Below are positions 62,256 through 64,000 of a stretch of DNA of 64,000 bases, in pieces. The stretch covers positions 12,733-76,732 of the forward strand of contig JAAOMT010000261.1 of NCBI GenBank assembly GCA_016748015.1, given 5' to 3'. This DNA comes from Geosiphon pyriformis uo1. Its lineage: Eukaryota > Fungi > Glomeromycota. The notes beneath the pieces were generated by a model. It did not search any database. It saw only the letters and a program-made list of their open reading frames with translations, and was not told the origin of the DNA. The position numbers and the translations under genes were made by a program. The stretch's first letter is position 1, and each line of letters starts with the position of its first letter.

Positions 62256-64000
62256 GTGGTTCCTTGTCCCATTTTCCATGTCTTTCTGGATAACCATATT
62301 TTTTTTTGTTACAATGGTTACAATAATAGTGGGTGGGGTTTCTTGGGTCTTCATCTGGTGTGCTACACACAGTCATAGATAAGAGTTTCTTTTTGCAAAC
62401 CGAGCATTCTAGCTTTGGTCTGCGTTACTGGTGGTTTCTTTGTGGATTTACCTGGTTCTATTTGGATCTTTCTTCACTGGTCCACATTGGTATGGCTGGT
62501 AGTCCTGTTCTTTGGTCATCAGCCCAAGAGAGCTAATAGGTTTTAATGGCTGGTAGTGCTGGATTTTTCTCAAATTCAAAGGTAGGTTTTTGGTTGGTGC
62601 TGGGTTTTTGGAAGTGGCTACAGGTGGCTGGAATTCTGGCCTGGTGGCCATTATAATTGATCAGAAGCTCTTGGGTGGTCCAGTCTAGGGTGGCTTTTGT
62701 TAGCCAGTCATTCTTTACTAATGCTTGATATTGTGTAGCATTTATTACTAATACTTTTGTAGATATTACTATGCCATTAATTTTAAAAGGAAATGAGTTA
62801 ATTTCACCATGAAGCAGGTTTGTACTTCCATTGGCTGTTATGATTTGGGATGTTGTGGTACAATCAACTTTAAAACTCAGTTGGTTTACTAGTTGAAGCA
62901 TTACAATGCTTCCAGTGGATCTGCTATCTAAGATAAATTTGATTGGGGTATTGTTTACAGTGGCTTCCATATACATAGTAGTGATTGGGCATTTTTTATC
63001 CAATGCTGCTCTACTGAACATAGCCTTGTTTTCCTCTAATTCAAAAAAAAAATAGCTGCGAGACTGTTATCTTCAGTGGCAACTGCTAGTAATATTGTTT
63101 GGCTCAATTTGTTAAAGGAATTTTTGGTTCTGTTTATGTTTCTACCATTATTGTTTTCGATGATCAGATTTTTCAGTATATTAAAATAAGTTTGTTAATA
63201 ATTTTGGTAGTTTGGATTGATTTACTGACTGGTTCCGGCGCAGTTTGGATTCCTCTGAACCAATGTGTTCTGGTTCCACATGGGCTGATTTTGGGACTTA
63301 GGATGCCAATTCGGGTTGACTATTATGGGCTGTTACTAGTAAGTTCTTTGATTTTGATACATGGTAGGATATTGGCATGATATTGACATGTACTGGTTTT
63401 TGGGCATTTGGGGTGACATGTAATAATTATTTTCGCGTGCTTTCTGCATCATTCACATTCGACATTAACTAATCAAATGTCCTATGCATTTGCAAAAATA
63501 GCAGGCACGTGTTTCTGTTCTGAATTCCTGGTGCAATGAGTGATTATTTCGACTGTTGCTGACTTTCTGGCTGCATCTTTGGAATAGTTGGTATGTATTT
63601 CTTCTTGGATCCGGGATGAGATAACTTTCTATTTTCTTAGAGAGTTCCTCCCCTAATTGTGTTATTCTTTTCTTTAATGTTTCTGTCTTATTTTTTTCCA
63701 TTACCATGTTAACCATTTGACTATGATTAGCTTCTTTCTCAGCCAATTCAAGAGCTCTGGTGAGCATAATGGCTTTTGGTAAGGAATTAGAGTGGGCAGA
63801 GCATATTCTTCCTAAAATACTGCTTTTTAATCCTCTAATAAACTGATTTAAAACCTGAGGATCAGTATAGTATCCTTGTTTAATTGCTTCAATCTGATGG
63901 TGAATTCGATTGAATCAAGCAAGGTATTAGGTGACAGTTTTACCAGTATCTTGCTTAATAGTATTAAATTTGTTCTGTAGTTGAATTACAGCATTTGGGT
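62256..64000 (-). mobile_element. Gag and protease of another (B-related) Gypsy family E, fused directly to element D
   Basis: QVLNQFIRGL, CYFCKCIGHLIS.C, ILDSRSTGS, YYCNHC..GKWDKEP; extends beyond the window. Confidence 0.85.

Noticed and set aside
58794-63380. Short + strand ORFs antisense to pol (and similar shadows elsewhere)
   Set aside because: No recognisable motifs or cross-copy conservation; expected shadows of skewed coding strands.

Overview
AT-rich eukaryotic (fungal, probably Glomeromycotina-like) genomic DNA. A small island of two convergent, intron-rich host genes (an EEF1AKMT4-like SAM methyltransferase, 11009-12265 +, and a mitochondrial Era GTPase, 12380-14575 -) sits in a deep nest of decayed retroelements. 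These are RNase H-bearing LINEs and Ty3/Gypsy LTR retrotransposons of at least four LTR families (labelled A-D by me), plus a fifth gag-protease fragment (E). Nesting can be reconstructed from TGTTA..TAACA ends and 4-bp target-site duplications. One old LINE is stretched from about 16140 to 51290 by five insertions, including a full-length B element that carries a full-length A element. The most striking result is a shared, atypical Gypsy architecture. (1) RT-RNase H stops exactly four codons after the (L/F)SR motif in all four families, and integrase begins as a separate ORF. (2) Gag has an AUG-free N-terminal extension of roughly 250-320 codons with a candidate aaaGUGg start. (3) A dUTPase and a Cys-rich domain lie between protease and RT in A and B. 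(4) A conserved extra ORF occupies the env position. (5) U5 regions of three families carry boxes complementary to elongator tRNA-Met. All copies are inactivated by heavy C>T/G>A decay. A Nextera/Tn5 adapter at 1460-1478 marks an assembly artefact. Coordinates were counted by eye, and tRNA and protein family matches come from memory, not from searches.
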